A stretch of DNA of 63,899 nt, filler included, from Chiloscyllium plagiosum (GCF_004010195.1; 4 parts of 2 records of this genome joined end to end with filler, not necessarily neighbours in it); one strand, 5' to 3'; shown: positions 38,201 to 51,270, counted from the first letter of the whole stretch. Numbers and translations are program-made. Notes: generated by a model from the letters alone, not told the origin.

Positions 38201-38469
38201 CCGGTTCAATTCCCGCCTCAGGCGACTGACTGTGTGGAGTTTGCACATTCTCCCCGTGTCTGCGTGGGTTTCCTCCGGGTGCTCCGGTTTCCTCCCACAG
38301 TCACAAAGATGTGCGGGTCAGGTGAATTGGCCATGCTAAATTGCCCGTAGTGTTAGGTTAAAGGGGTAAATGTAGGGGTATGGGTGGGTTGCGCTTCGGC
38401 GGGTCGGTGTGGACTTGTTGGGCCGAAGGGCCTGTTTCCACACTGTAAGTAATCTAATCTAATCTAATC
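38201..38469 (+). mobile_element. HE1 SINE body lacking its head
   Basis: Starts at the B-box GGTTCAATTCC; V-domain; (AATCT)n tail. Confidence 0.92.
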
Positions 38470-39789
38470 AATTTGTATCAAAACCTTAATAGCTATATTT
38501 CAAAAGTTAAACTTCCTAATTTGAAATGTCTCCATTAAAACTAAATCCAGCTTTTCAAAACTATTTTGTCTTGGTGCAGGAAGGGAGAAATCACTGATAG
38601 CAAAGCAACAGTTATAGATTGTGAGGTGCGGAGCAGAAATAATATCATGGTTTCAGCAATACAACACCAATATGGTTCGAGCAATATTAAGTTGATATAG
38701 TTACAGTACAACAGCTATAAAAATGTATCCCTTTCAAACTCACTTTCACGTATCTCTGGCTATGTTAGTTTGGATGACAAGTCTATGGTGTAAAATTATC
38801 ATTTACTCGAAGAGCAACAAAAGAATATGCATAAACTTCATACTGTTAATTAATTTCCAGCATATTGAACTTCAAATAATTTCAAAGGAACTCATTCTGA
38901 TGCTAAACTAGTATGATAAAGTTGATAACTATGAGCCCAGTTTCTGAATTGAGTTGCTTTGATATATCTCTAGTTAATGGAAAGTGTTTTGAATACCATT
39001 GTATAAGATTCAGTCAAAATGGTTCTGTAGCAAGTCATGTATTCAGAACTGTGATAAAGAATGGTACCAATGTCTCAGACATTTTTCCTGATTGACTTAT
39101 TCATCACAAATGTTTCTAACTTTAACCCTATCTTCTGAGATGAGTTGAATCAAAAATATTTTTAAAAATGTAGGACACCAACCAGTCCTAGCACAGTTCA
39201 CAAATATCTCATTCCGAAGAGATACAGTAAAATAAATCTTAATGAAAAGAAACTTGAATTACTTTCAGGCCAGAAGTAATGCTCACAAATTTAATTCCTC
39301 TCCCACCAATATCTTTGGCTAAAATAAAACTTTTGTGCAACACACATGGGTTAAAATGATTAGAACGCCAAGCAATTCTATGTGGCTCTAAAACCCCTTC
39401 ATGAGATCTTCTTGGGAGATAAGTATTCATCTTAAAACTTACTGATGAAATCCTAGCTTGCCTTAAGCTAGCCATTTCAAGAATTACGCCATTGAAAGTA
39501 GCGTCATGGTCCAAACATTCACCTGTTCTGATCTTGCTTAACTTACCCTTTGGTGCCACAAACTGGAAGTATAAAAACCAAGTCTTTTCGGGTCAAAAAT
39601 TACTAGAATGATCATTGTTCCATCTTTGCCAATAACCCAAACCAGAAAGAAAATAGACATTCAAAAGGTTTTCAGGTCATTAAAATAAACACAATCCAAA
39701 TTCACTGTTCTAAAGCTAGTATTTTGCCTTTGGCCTCTGAATTTCTCAATTCAGAAGATCGGAGAGCAGACAGCAAGAATCAGGCATGT

Positions 39790-40160
39790 CTCAGTAGTGG
39801 CACTAACATTTCATGAGCCATGAGTTTTTGAAATTCCATGTCCCACTCTAGAGACTTCAACAAAATCCAGATGACATTCCAGTATAGCACTGAGTGGCAG
39901 AAGAATGATCTTTTGATGGGATATTAAGCAGAGACTGCATTTGTCCTCTTAGTTGGATGTAAAACAGCTGAATCCGATATTCATAAAATTCTGACAAATA
40001 TATATCATTCAAGCAACACCACAAAAACCACATTGGTCAATTATTCATACCATTACCATTTGTTGACTTCAGGTTACTCCATTTGGTATATTATTTAAAG
40101 GTACTTACTGACTGTGAAGAAGTTCAGAATATCCCAAGTTCACTAAAGGTACTTCATAAA
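39790..40160 (+). mobile_element. Degenerate Deu-domain-like SINE
   Basis: CCCACTCTAGAGACTT...GACATTCCAGTATAGCACTGAG...TGGATGTAAAA pattern; similar remnant at about 58560-59080. Confidence 0.45.
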
Positions 40161-40904
40161 TACTCTCTTCCCTATTCAAGAAAGTAAGGCAGAAAAGGTG
40201 CCAACATATTTTCCCCTCTTCCGTTGAATCCTCAAAACTGGATCTTGTTTTCCTGTTTAAGAGCAGCTAGCTCTGGTTAGAGTCCAGCTGCTACCTTTCT
40301 GCCCTGGAATCCATCTTGCACACAACAGAAAGGAGCATGATAGGTGCCTAGAATAACCTGAACCTGGAAATATTTACACATGCTACACTTTATTAGCAGG
40401 CAGTTTAAACGTTTTGATGACCTCCAGCTGAACGAACTGTAACATCTACAATTAAAACCCATGTATGAATCATGATGAAATACAGAAGAGATATCACAAC
40501 CTGTAGAACATGATCCCCAATAATCATCTGATGCTGAGTGCTAAATGAATGCTTCACTGGCTGATAGGACATCAGCCAGATGAATAGTCGCAGGCTCCCA
40601 GTGTGAAGGTTGCAGGCAGGGAGCACAGAAAGCTCCATGAATGGTGCTTTGACCAGATGCTGACCCAACTACAAACTTAGGGTGGATTGCTGAGGTCTCA
40701 CCACAATTAAGACCCTTATATGGCCAATCACTAGCTGCTTGCCATCTGCTCTAAATTTCAAACCCGATCAGCAGGGGATTAACAGCAGGACTAAGGCCAG
40801 CAGGTCACTTCACTCACGTGTGAAGAGTTGCAGGAGTAACAGTGAAATGGTGGTTAAAACAGATGGAGAAACAGAGATGGGCAGACAGGTGGGGGAGGGG
40901 GGGG

Positions 40905-40915
40905 GAGAAAAAGAC

Positions 40916-40946
<31 letters not shown>

Positions 40947-40991
40947 GAGAAAGACAGAGAGAGGCAAAAAGACAGAGAGAGAGAGAGAGAA
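40905..40991. repeat. (GA)n microsatellite at contig end
   Basis: Direct observation. Confidence 0.95.
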
Positions 40992-41091
40992 NNNNNNNNN
41001 NNNNNNNNNNNNNNNNNNNNNNNNNNNNNNNNNNNTTAATTAATTAANNNNNNNNNNNNNNNNNNNNNNNNNNNNNNNNNNNNNNNNNNNN
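40992..41091. other. Assembly gap with synthetic TTAATTAATTAA linker
   Basis: 44 N + TTAATTAATTAA + 44 N. Confidence 0.97.
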
Positions 41092-41887
41092 TTCCAATTC
41101 CTTATTAAACCACGGGTCCTTCGCACGACCCTTTCCTCCCTGCCTGACAGGTACATAATTATCAAGGACACTCAATAGTTGCTCCTTGAACAAGCTCCAC
41201 ATATCATTTACACTCTTGCCTTGGAGTCTACTTTTCCAAGCCACACATCCTAAGTCATGCCTCACCGCATCATAATTTCTCTGACCCCAGCTATAACTCT
41301 TGCCCTGTAGTACACACTTATCCCTCTCCATCATGAGAGTAAAAATCACCGAATTATGGTCACTATCCCCAAAGTGCTCACCTACCTTTAATTCTAACAC
41401 CTGGCCTGGTTCGTTACCCAGAACCAAATCCAGTATGGCCTCACCTCTTGTTGGCCTGTCTACATATTGTGTCAGGAAACTCTCCTGCACACATTGAACA
41501 AACACTGACCCATCTAACGAACTTGAGCTATAGCTTTCCCAATCAATATCAGGAAAGTTAAAGTCCCCCATAACAACGATCCTATTTCTGTCACTCATCT
41601 CCTGAATCACCTTCCCTATCCTTTCTTCAATGATTCTAGGACTATTAGGAGGCCTGTAAAATACTCCTAACAGGGTGACCTCACCTTTCCTATTCCTAAC
41701 CTCAGCCCAAACTACCTCGGATGGCAAGTCCTCATCCATCGTCCTTTCCACCGCTGTAATACTATCTTTGACAAGCAATGCCACACCTCCCCCTCTTTTA
41801 CCCCCACCTCTGACCCTACTAAAACATTTAAATCCCGGAACCTGCAACAGCCAATCCTGTCCCTGTTCTAGCCATGTCTCCGTATAT
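41092..41887 (-). mobile_element. Young CR1 ORF2 apurinic endonuclease domain, open frame
   Basis: TETWL, GGGVALLVK, VFYRPP, MGDFNFPDIDW, LDLVL, SDHN. Confidence 0.95.
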
Positions 41888-42625
41888 AGCAGAGAAATAG
41901 ACCCTTCGGTCCAACTTGCCCATGCTGACCAGATGTCCCAACCTAATCTAGTCCCATTTGCCAGCACCCGGCCTATATACCTCCAAACCCTTCCTATTCA
42001 TATACCCATCCAAATATCTTTTAAATGCTGCAATTATACCGGCCTCCACCACTTCCTCTGGCAGCTCATTCCATACATGCACCACCCTCTGTGTGAAAAG
42101 GTTGCCCCTTAGGTCTCTTTTACATCTTTTCCCTCTCACCCTAAACCAATGCCCTCTAGTTCTGGACTCCCCCACCACAGGGAAAAGACTTTGTCTATTT
42201 ATCTTTTCCAAGCCCCTCATGATTTTATAAACCTCTATAAAGATCACCCCTCAGCCTCTGATGCACCAGGGAAAAAAGCCCCAGCCTATTCAACCTCTTC
42301 CTATAACTCAAATCCTCTAATCCTGGCAACATCCTTGTAAATCTTTTCTGAACCCTTTCAAGTTTCACAACACCTTTCCGATAGGAAGGAGACCGGAATT
42401 GCACGCAATATTCCAACAGTGGCCGAACCAAAGTCCTGTACAGCCGTAACATGACCTCCCAACTCCTGTACTCAATACTCTGACAAACAAAGGAAGGCAT
42501 ACCAAATGCCTTCTTCACTATCCTATCTATCTGCGACTCCACTTTCAAGGAGCTATGAATCCGCACTTCAAGGTCACTTTGTTCAGCCACTCCTCAGGAC
42601 CTTAACATTAACTCCTGCTCTGATC
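41888..42625 (-). mobile_element. CR1 LINE 3' end
   Basis: YRTLVRPLLEYCVQF and ESRTRGHWFRV. Confidence 0.92.
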
Positions 42626-42782
42626 TGTTTTTCCTAAATTCTTCAGCAATACCACCTAAGACATTGCCTCTATGTTTCATGAATGATACACTGTATGAAA
42701 GTAGCATTAAACTCCAAAGTCTCAAATTCTAGTGATGAAATTGTTCCAAAAATGTTCAAGGTTACAATCCACATAAACAACT

Positions 42783-43110
42783 GGGTGACACGGTGGCTCA
42801 GTGGTTGGCACTGCTGCTTCACAGCACCAGGGACTCTGGATCGATTCCAACCTCGGGTGACTGTCTGTGTGGAGTTTCCACATCCTCGCAGTGTCTGCGT
42901 GGGTTTTCTCCGGGTGCTCTGGTTTCCTCCCACAATCCAAAGATGTGGGGGTTAGGTGAATTGGCATGCTAAATTGCCCATAGTGTTCAGGGGTGTGTAG
43001 GTTAGGTTCATTAGTCAAGAGTAGATGTGGGACAATTGGGTTGGGGTAGGGGTAGGGGTCAGTGTGGACTTTTTAGGTGGAAGGGCTTGTTTCCACACCG
43101 TAGGGATTCT
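42783..43110 (+). mobile_element. HE1-type V-SINE
   Basis: tRNA-like head and V-domain. Confidence 0.9.
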
Positions 43111-44645
43111 TAAAAAAACTGCATCTGCACAGTTGTTAGAAATGTAGATTTCAATGCTGTAGAACCAATACTAAACTCTGATTGTTTTTCCAGAGTTGAA
43201 CATTTCTGTTGACATGCATTCAATTCACATGAAAAATAACAGATTGGTTGTTTGATACTCATGTTGCCCTCTTGTAATAACACTGCACCAACACTAACAT
43301 AGCTGGCATCAACAGTTCAAATGGCTTAGCGTAATTTAGTGATGTTAAAACTGCGCAGTGTTCAATACAGCTTTCAAGTTGTCAAAGGTACACTAAGAGT
43401 CTTTTGTTCATTTCCATTTTTTGCCCTTTAAACAAATTTGTCAAAGGAGTCACTGCAATGTTGAAATTTGGAACCAACTTCTACTAGAATCCACTTATGC
43501 CATTATACTGAAAATTCTCTCATCTTGTCTTAGCCATGGGAAATTCTAAGATAGCTCTCATTCTTTTGCCTTATCCTACAGTTTGGTCCAAAAATATCAC
43601 TTTTGCTCTGGCAAATTCATTTTTTATCCAAGTTACTCTTAGCAATTGACTGAACAATTTGCTCACGTATTGTAAATGGGTCTCTCAGGTTTGGTTGAAA
43701 AACATTTGTGTATGCAACACAGCTGCATAATCCTTCAATGATCTTTTCAATTCATCATTGAAAAGTTGCCAATAAGTTTCAGTGTGAACAGCATGATTTA
43801 ACATTTAAAAAGTCCATTTGTGGTTACAAATGCTAATATTCCTTTAGCTGCATCAATGAAACTTGCCAATAGCCTTTTTCAACCAGTTTTTGTAACAAAT
43901 TGTATTTACCTAACTCTCTCAATGTAATTCTCCAATTGTGGAATTGGATATGACCCCACCTGTTACTTTAACTGGACTTTGTGATGATCTATATATAATG
44001 TTTGTGATCCCTCTGGCTTCAGTACTATCAAAATAAGGGAGCTCCAGTTACATTGACTCAATTCAATAATGTCTAGGTCCATTATAAACTAGATCTCTTT
44101 CCACATCTGACCTAACTTGTCTGGGTTGAGTATATATGGATGTTTGTCCAATGGGTGGCACATCCCCTACTTTAATACCATGCCTTATAACCTAGCCTAT
44201 TTACTCAAATTGATTTAAGTATTCTGGGAGATTACATAATATTCCCATCTAACCTTTTAAATATCTCCATATTATTCAATCAGATTACTGAAGGGTTGAC
44301 TTTAAAATTTTCAATTCCTGATTCATTCTCAAAAATCATTTAAATATTTTAAGTTCTCTCCCTACTTTTCTTTCACCACCATAAACAGACTTTTCTGACT
44401 GTTACAATATCTCTTTAACGTACTAACACCACATGCACAGGATGAGTCCTCCTGTTTGGAGTGACTATAAAGAGAGATTTCATTGTTCTTAAAAGTCTGA
44501 AAGAAACATAGCACATTTCCCAGGAACAATTAAGCCACAAATTTGTTTTGTATGAGGACAAGTCTTCATTTAATCATGCAACCAGAAAGACACAAGGATA
44601 CCTGTACCATGGAAAAATTATGAAAATGGGATTGTTGTAAAGGAG

Positions 44646-44828
44646 CTGAAAATGTATTGCTGGAAAAGCACAGCAGGTCAGGGAGCATCCAAGGAACAGG
44701 AGAATCGATGTTTCGGGCATAAGCCCTTCTTCCCCGAAACGTTCCTTGGATGCTGCCTGACCTGCTGCGCTTTTCCAGCAACACATTTTCAGCTCTGATC
44801 TCCAGCATCTGCAGCCCTCCCTTTCTCC
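44646..44828. mobile_element. Family B fold-back mini element with 14-bp TSD
   Basis: TTGTTGTAAAGGAG at 44632-44645 and 44829-44842; inverted arms; truncated hammerhead halves at the centre. Confidence 0.88.
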
Positions 44829-45415
44829 TTGTTGTAAAGGAGTTAATTATCAATCATGGCAGGTCAATTGGCATTGTCATAACAGTTCCAGGGCTGTGGA
44901 GAAACACTGGAAAAGTGATGACCGCAGTGTAGTTTTCAATTATCCATCATAACTGGAAACCCATCCATTCAGTCCTGTTTGCTCAGCACCATGGAGAAAC
45001 CGTAAAAATGAGGATTTTGTTAAAGAATTCCATTATCCTTTTCAGATGGAAAGCCTTTGCAGTCACACTGGGGAGAGACCAATCACCTGCTGCATGTGTG
45101 GCAAAGAATTTTGTCCCTTTTTTTTTTAAAAGCAGTGGGATCATATTTGTTGTTTTCAATCTGCTGGAACTGCCCCCGGAGTCCAGCAAATTTTGGAAAA
45201 TTTCCCCAAGTAAAAGGGAGGGGGGCATGGCTCAGGTACAAGCAATTGGGATCAAGGAAACCCTGGAGATATAATGGGGATACAGGAGGTTACTGGAGGA
45301 GATCAGGAGGGTGTAAAGGGGCCATGAGATAGGCTTGGTTTCAGATGATTAGGGTGAATTGAAAAAGATTATTTATATTAAAGGAAAAAGAATAACGAAA
45401 GAGAGAATAGAACCT

Positions 45416-45780
45416 GGGGCGGCACGGTGGCTCAGTGGTTAGCACTGTTACCTCACAGCGCCAGGGACCCGGGTTCAATTCCAGCCTTGGACGACTGTGC
45501 AAACTCCAGAAAGACATTCTCCCCATGTCTGCGTGAGTTTCCTTCGGGTGCTCTGGTTTCCTCCTACAATCCAAAGCTGCACTGGTTAGGTGAACTGGCC
45601 ATGCTAAATTGTCCAAAGTGTTCAGGAACGTATAAGTTACGTGCATTAATCAGGGGTAAATATAGGATAATTGGTGGAGGTGGGGGAGAATGGGCCTGGG
45701 TGGGCTACTCTTTGAAGAGTCAGTGTGGACTTGTTAGACCGAAGGGCCCTTTCCCACACTGTAGGGATTCTATGATTCTA
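45416..45780 (+). mobile_element. HE1-type V-SINE
   Basis: tRNA-like head, V-domain and tail. Confidence 0.9.
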
Positions 45781-45974
45781 CTCGCAATAAATTATTATGG
45801 AATTGCATTTTGATTTGGTACAGTCTTGTGAAACTTGCCTTAAATAATTACCAGAAAAAGGTTTTCAGCAACAAAATTAAGTTTTAGCCTTGTTGTCTGC
45901 TCGAGTTTTGAGTTTGTTGAGCATTCTTCTTGGACAACTCCTATGCTTTGGTTAGTTTTTCTCCAAAACTTAAC

Positions 45975-47252
45975 ACATAGAACATAGAAGAATACAGCGC
46001 AGTACAGGCCCTTTGGCCCTCGATGTTGCGCCGATCCAAGCCCACCTAACCTACACTAGCCCACTATCCTCCATATGCCTATCCAATGCCCGTTTAAATG
46101 CCCATAAAGAGGGAGAGTCCACCACTGCTACTGGCAGGGCATTCCATGAACTCCCGACTCGCTGAGTAAAGAACCTACCCCTAACATCTGTCCTATACCT
46201 ACCACCCCTTAATTTAAAGCTATGCCCCCTCGTAATAGCTGACTCCATATGTGGAAAAGGTTCTCACGGTCAACCCTATCTAAACCCCTAATCATCTTAT
46301 ACACCTCTATCAAGTCACTTCTCCAATGAAAACAACCCCAAGTGCCTCAGCCTTTCCTCATACGATCTTACTACCATACCAGGTAACATCCTGGTAAACC
46401 TCCTCTGCACCCATTCCAGTGCCTCCACATCCTTCCTATAGTATGGCGACCAAAACTGCACACAATACTCCAGATGCGGCCGCACCAGAGTCTTATACAA
46501 CTGCAATATGACCTCAGGACTCAATTCCTCTACCAATAAAAGCCAGTACGCCATATGCCTTCTTCACAGCACTATTTACCTGGGTGGCAACTTTCAAAGA
46601 TCTGTGTACATCGACACCAAGATCCCTCTGCTCATCCACACTACCAAGTAACTGACCATTAGCCCAGTACCCCATCTTTTTGTTACTCTTACCAAAGTGA
46701 ATCACCTCACACTTACCTACATACGGCACTCCATGAAGAAACTTTGCCATCAACTACTACCCTCTGTCTTCTTCCATCCAGCCAATTCCTAATCCAAACC
46801 TCCAACTCACCTTCAATGCCATATCTCCGTATTTTCTGCAGTAGCCTACCATGGGGAACCTTATCAAACGCCTTACTAAAATCCATGTATACCACATCTA
46901 CCGCTTTCCCCTCATCAACCTCCTTCGTCATCTTTTCAAAGAATTCAATAAGGTTTGTGAGGCACGACCTGCCCTTCACAAAACCATGCTGACTATCCTT
47001 GATCACATTATTCCTATCCAGATGTGCATAAATCCTATCCCTTACTATTCTCTCTAAGACTTTGCCCACAACAGAAGTGAGACTCACCGGCCTATAGTTA
47101 CTAGGGTTATCCCTACTCCCCTTCTTGAACAAGGGAACCACATTTGCTAGCCTCCAGTCTTCTGGCACTACTCCTGTAGACAACGAGGACATAAAAATCA
47201 AGGCCAATGGCTCTGCAATCTCCTCCCTTGCTTCCCAGAGAATCCTAGGATA
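45975..47252 (-). mobile_element. Young CR1/HER1 LINE, 5'-truncated, with internal RT deletion
   Basis: [36 protein letters not shown]; (AACATAG)n tail on plus; GVPQG/FADD block missing near 46725. Confidence 0.95.
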
Positions 47253-49958
47253 AAAGTATAGCTTCTGAACAATTCAGAATCCCCGAGTGAAACCAACTTG
47301 ATAGATTATTTTTATTATGTGCTGTTTGTTTAATGTAGTGGTTAATCTACTTTTTTAAAATGGAAGAACAAAGTTTACTACATTCAGAAGGAAAAAAGAC
47401 CAACTATTTCAAATCATTCTTATATAATGGATCTTATTACAAGTATCAAAAAATATTCAACCCTATTACCCTCAACAATAACCTTACAGATACTCAAACC
47501 TCAGTCTATATTTCAATTCTCCCACTGGTGTCTTTTCATGTGAGCCTTAAATGAAACAGCTCAAATACAATTTTATGTCTTAGAGCCAGCTGTTAGCACA
47601 GCTTGCAAGAGACATGCTCATTATATCAATATCGCCTTACAGCATATGAGCTTAGTGTATAAACATTTGAGGCTCTTTAACACAGACCATGAAGCATGAC
47701 ATGTTGATGGAAGCATGTTACTCTATAATCATCAAATAGCTTGTCAGTCAGACACAGGTGTGCTTGTAAATATCAAATGTGTTTACATTACTGAGCAGTA
47801 ATAAATATCTGCTGGATCTTTCAATACCACATTATCAACATCTAATTCCTTTGTTACAAGGCACATCAGAAGCATTGCTGCATCAGGTAAAGATATCCTG
47901 GAGGCAAAACCACATCACTAACTCCTTAACTCATACATTCAACAGCCTTGTAGGAGATCTTCCTCAAATTCCTTCAAGACTTCAGATTCTAAAGCTTTTC
48001 CCTTACTAACCTCCAAGCCGCCAAGGACATCTTTGCTTCTACCCTGACTGTTGCGGAGGCTGCTAAACTATGTTGTTGCTGGTAAAGGTCTTTTCGCTCT
48101 GAATGCCTGCTTCTCTCAAAGTAACCTTCTGGATGGTTCGGTTTTACTGGAAAAAACTTCTCTGTCACTGCATAAAACATATTCTCAATCTTTCTCTCTT
48201 TTACTGTTTTCTAAAGCACCATTCAACACAAGAAAACCTAAAGTAAATGCTTTTCCAACCAACCAGGATCATTTTCTCAAGTCACAAATTAAACTATGCC
48301 CCTTGATTCTTGTGGAGGTGCTGGTGTTGGACTGGGGTGGACAAGGTCGAGTCACACATCCGATTATAACCCAGCAGGTTTATTTGAAATCACAAGCTTT
48401 CAGAGTGTCCTTTGTCAGGTGAAGTGAAGAAAAGCACAAAGACACAGAATTAATAAACAAAGAAATCAAAAGGTCATACAAATAGCGAGTGGAGTGTTGA
48501 CAGGCTGAATAGCAAGTGAAGGGACGACTATAATCCAATTAATTGAAACAGACTGATAATTCCAACAAATCAAAAGATGGTGCTGAAGACAAACTAAATG
48601 GCTGGAATAACATGATAGGCATAAGTGCCACATATCAATGGTCTAACAAAAGTAACAACTAATCTAAAACTGTACGAATGAATTAAGGTAGAGAGATAAG
48701 TTATCAAGGTGGTGTCAAAACAGGGCAGTAAGCAAAGTTTTACAGATACAGAACAGTATGGTGAGGTTACATGTAGCATGACATGAACCCAAGATCACAG
48801 TTGAGGCTGTCTTCACTGGTACGGAACTTGGCCATCAGCTTCTGCTTGGTGATTCTGTGCTTGTGTGCACGCTTGTGTGTGCGTGTATCTCGAAGGCCGC
48901 CTTGGAGAACACCGACCCAGGATTGGAGGCTGAATGTCCAGTTCCACCGAAATGCCCCCCAGCTGGGAGGTAACACTGCTGTCTGGTCATTGTTCCGTGC
49001 TCCCCATCATCTGAGCAGATCCTGTGTATATGCAAGGCTTGCCCAAAGGGGATGACATATAGCAAATGGGGTTAGATTTATTTACGATATCTGGTCGGCA
49101 TGACTCTATGTCTAGGGTGGGACCTAGAGAAGTACATAGGAACTGCTCAGATGAGGAGGAACACAATGGACAACTAAAGATACTGAAAGATGCCCTCATA
49201 AGAATGGGGTACCATGCTCAACTCATCGACCAACAGTTCAGATGTGCCACAGCAATGACCTCCTCAAAAGACAGACACAGGACATAACCGATCGAGTACC
49301 CTTCATTGTCCAGTACTTCCCAGCACAGAGAAACTACACCAAGTTCTTTGCAGTCTTCAACAAATCATTGATGATGAGCATCTCGTCAAGATCATTCCTA
49401 CACTCCACTTCCTGCCTTCAAGCAACAGCCAAACCTTAAAGAGACCATTGTTCACAGCAAATATCCAGCTTTCAGGACAACATCAAACACAATGTCTCAC
49501 AACCCTGCCATGGCAACCTCTGCAAGAAATGCCGAACTATCAACATAGAAATTACCATATGTGGGAATACCACCCACCACCTACACGGCAGATACTCATT
49601 TGACCCAGCCAATGGAGTCTCTCTCATACACTGCAGGCAAGGATGCCCAGAGAGATGGTATATTGGCAAGACCATGAAGATACTATGACAATGGATGAAT
49701 GGACACAGCACAACAATCACTAGACAGCAATGTTCCCTCCCAGTTGGGAAATGTTTCAGTAGTCAAGGGCATTCAGCCTCCAATCTTCAGGTAAGCGTAC
49801 TCCAAGGCAGCCTTTGAGATACATAATGCAGAATCGCCAAGCACAAACTGTAGCCAAGTTCTGTACCCATGAAGGTGGCCTCAATTGTGATCTTGGGTTC
49901 ATGACTTGATACGTGTAACCTCACCACACTGTGCTGTACTTGTTAAACATTCCTTACT

Positions 49959-50310
49959 TGAGTTGAAAAGTGTGGTGCTGTAAAAGCGCAGCAGGTCAGG
50001 CAGCATCCGAGGAGCAGGAGAATCGACGTTTTGGGCATAAGCCCTTCTTCAGGAATGAGGCTGGTGTGCCAAGCGGGCTGAGATAAAAGGTTGGGGGTGG
50101 GCGGGGGAGAGGCACTGGCCCCTCCCCCAAATCCCCCCCCCCCTTACCTTTTATCTTAGCCCGCTTGGCACACCAGCCTCATTCCTGAAGAAGGGCTTAT
50201 GCCCGAAACGTTGATTCTCCTCCTCCTCGGATGCTGCCTGACCTGCTGCACTTTTCCAGCACCACACTTTTCAACTCTGGTCTCCAGCATCTGCAGTCCT
50301 CACTTTCTCC
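49959..50310. mobile_element. Family B fold-back element nested in the Neptune-type element, 15-bp TSD
   Basis: TAAACATTCCTTACT at 49944-49958 and 50311-50325; arms about 49960-50090 and 50147-50277. Confidence 0.9.
50181..50216 (+). ncRNA. Minimal hammerhead ribozyme motif
   Basis: UC-CUGAAGA-A-GGGC(UUAU)GCCC-GAAAC-GUU-GA. Confidence 0.62.
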
Positions 50311-51107
50311 TAAACATTCCTTACTGTCCTGTTTGACACCATCACCTTGATAACTGGTTACAATCTCTCTACCTTAATTTGGACAGTTTTGGATTACCTA
50401 TGACTGTGGTTAGACTCTCATACCTGTAAATGTTGTTCCAGCCATTTGGTTTGTCTCCAACACCACCTCATTTTTAATTTTTCGTAATTGTCTCTCTGCC
50501 TCATTTAATTGGATTGTCAGTCATGCCTCACTTGCTATTCAGCTATTGACACTTTACTCACACCATTTGATACTTCTGATCACCTGCAGTGACTTATTAT
50601 CAGCCTGCCAACATGCCACTCACACCATTTGTATGATCATTTGATGACTCTGCTGATTAATTATGTGCCTATGCGCTTTGCTTCACTCCACTTGACGAAG
50701 AAGCAGTGCTGCGAAAGCTTGTGATTTCAAATATACCTGTTGGACGATAACCTGGTGCCCTGTGACTTCTGACCTCTCTTTGTAATCCACAATGTATAGA
50801 AATACAAATCAAACTTAAAGTTAGACATGATTTGCTCCAAAGTAAATACACAAGTTTGGATTCAAATCATAATTTTAGATGTGATATTACTTATTTCAGA
50901 TAGTTAAATTGTGACAAATTTACTCAAATTCCCTTCATATGATTTTTTTTTACATAATGGAAATGGATATTGCTATCCACTATAACTACTGAACCATGCA
51001 TTTTTTTTAATGTGTTTGGTTAGGAAATGATTTTAATGAATTTTCTCTAGTTCACTAAACTGTCTCTACAAAGGACAAATAATGGTTTACTATATTTGTT
51101 TACTATA

Positions 51108-51145
51108 CATTCCTGAAGAAGGGCTTATGCCCGAAACGTCGATTC
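51108..51145 (+). ncRNA. Minimal hammerhead ribozyme motif, intact core
   Basis: UC-CUGAAGA-A-GGGC(UUAU)GCCC-GAAAC-GUC-GA. Confidence 0.7.
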
Positions 51146-51237
51146 TCCTGCTCCTTGGATGCTGCCTGACCTGCTGCGCTTTTCCAGCAACACATTTTCA
51201 GCTCTGATCTCCAGCATCTGCAGCCCTCACTTTCTCC
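51108..51237 (+). mobile_element. Solo family B Penelope terminal repeat
   Basis: Near-identical to 50180-50310; flanked by TACTATA. Confidence 0.88.
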
Positions 51238-51270
51238 TACTATATTACTTCCAAACTTGACACGGGGCAT

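Larger units (their letters stand above)
48310..50772 (+). mobile_element. Penelope-like element, Neptune-type, with inverted long terminal repeats
   Basis: From about 49500 plus strand reads PCHGNLCKKCRTI...IHCRQGCPERWYIGKT (Cys-rich linker plus GIY-YIG); about 48370-48930 is an inverted copy of about 49790-50750; degenerate hammerhead cores with AAGCTT stem III near 48392-48421 (-) and 50687-50723 (+). Confidence 0.82.

Noticed and set aside
39239..39559. 106-aa minus-strand ORF near the expected position of the next upstream chd7 exon
   Set aside because: No resemblance to the expected LYWP...RLRRLITAYQR peptide
41044..41967. 307-aa ORF as a host nuclease gene
   Set aside because: Chimera of a CR1 3' tail and a CR1 endonuclease domain ending in Ns
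43150..44400. AT-rich stretch possibly an ancient L1/Tx1-like remnant or a missing chd7 exon
   Set aside because: No CHD7-like translation found and no motif clear enough to classify
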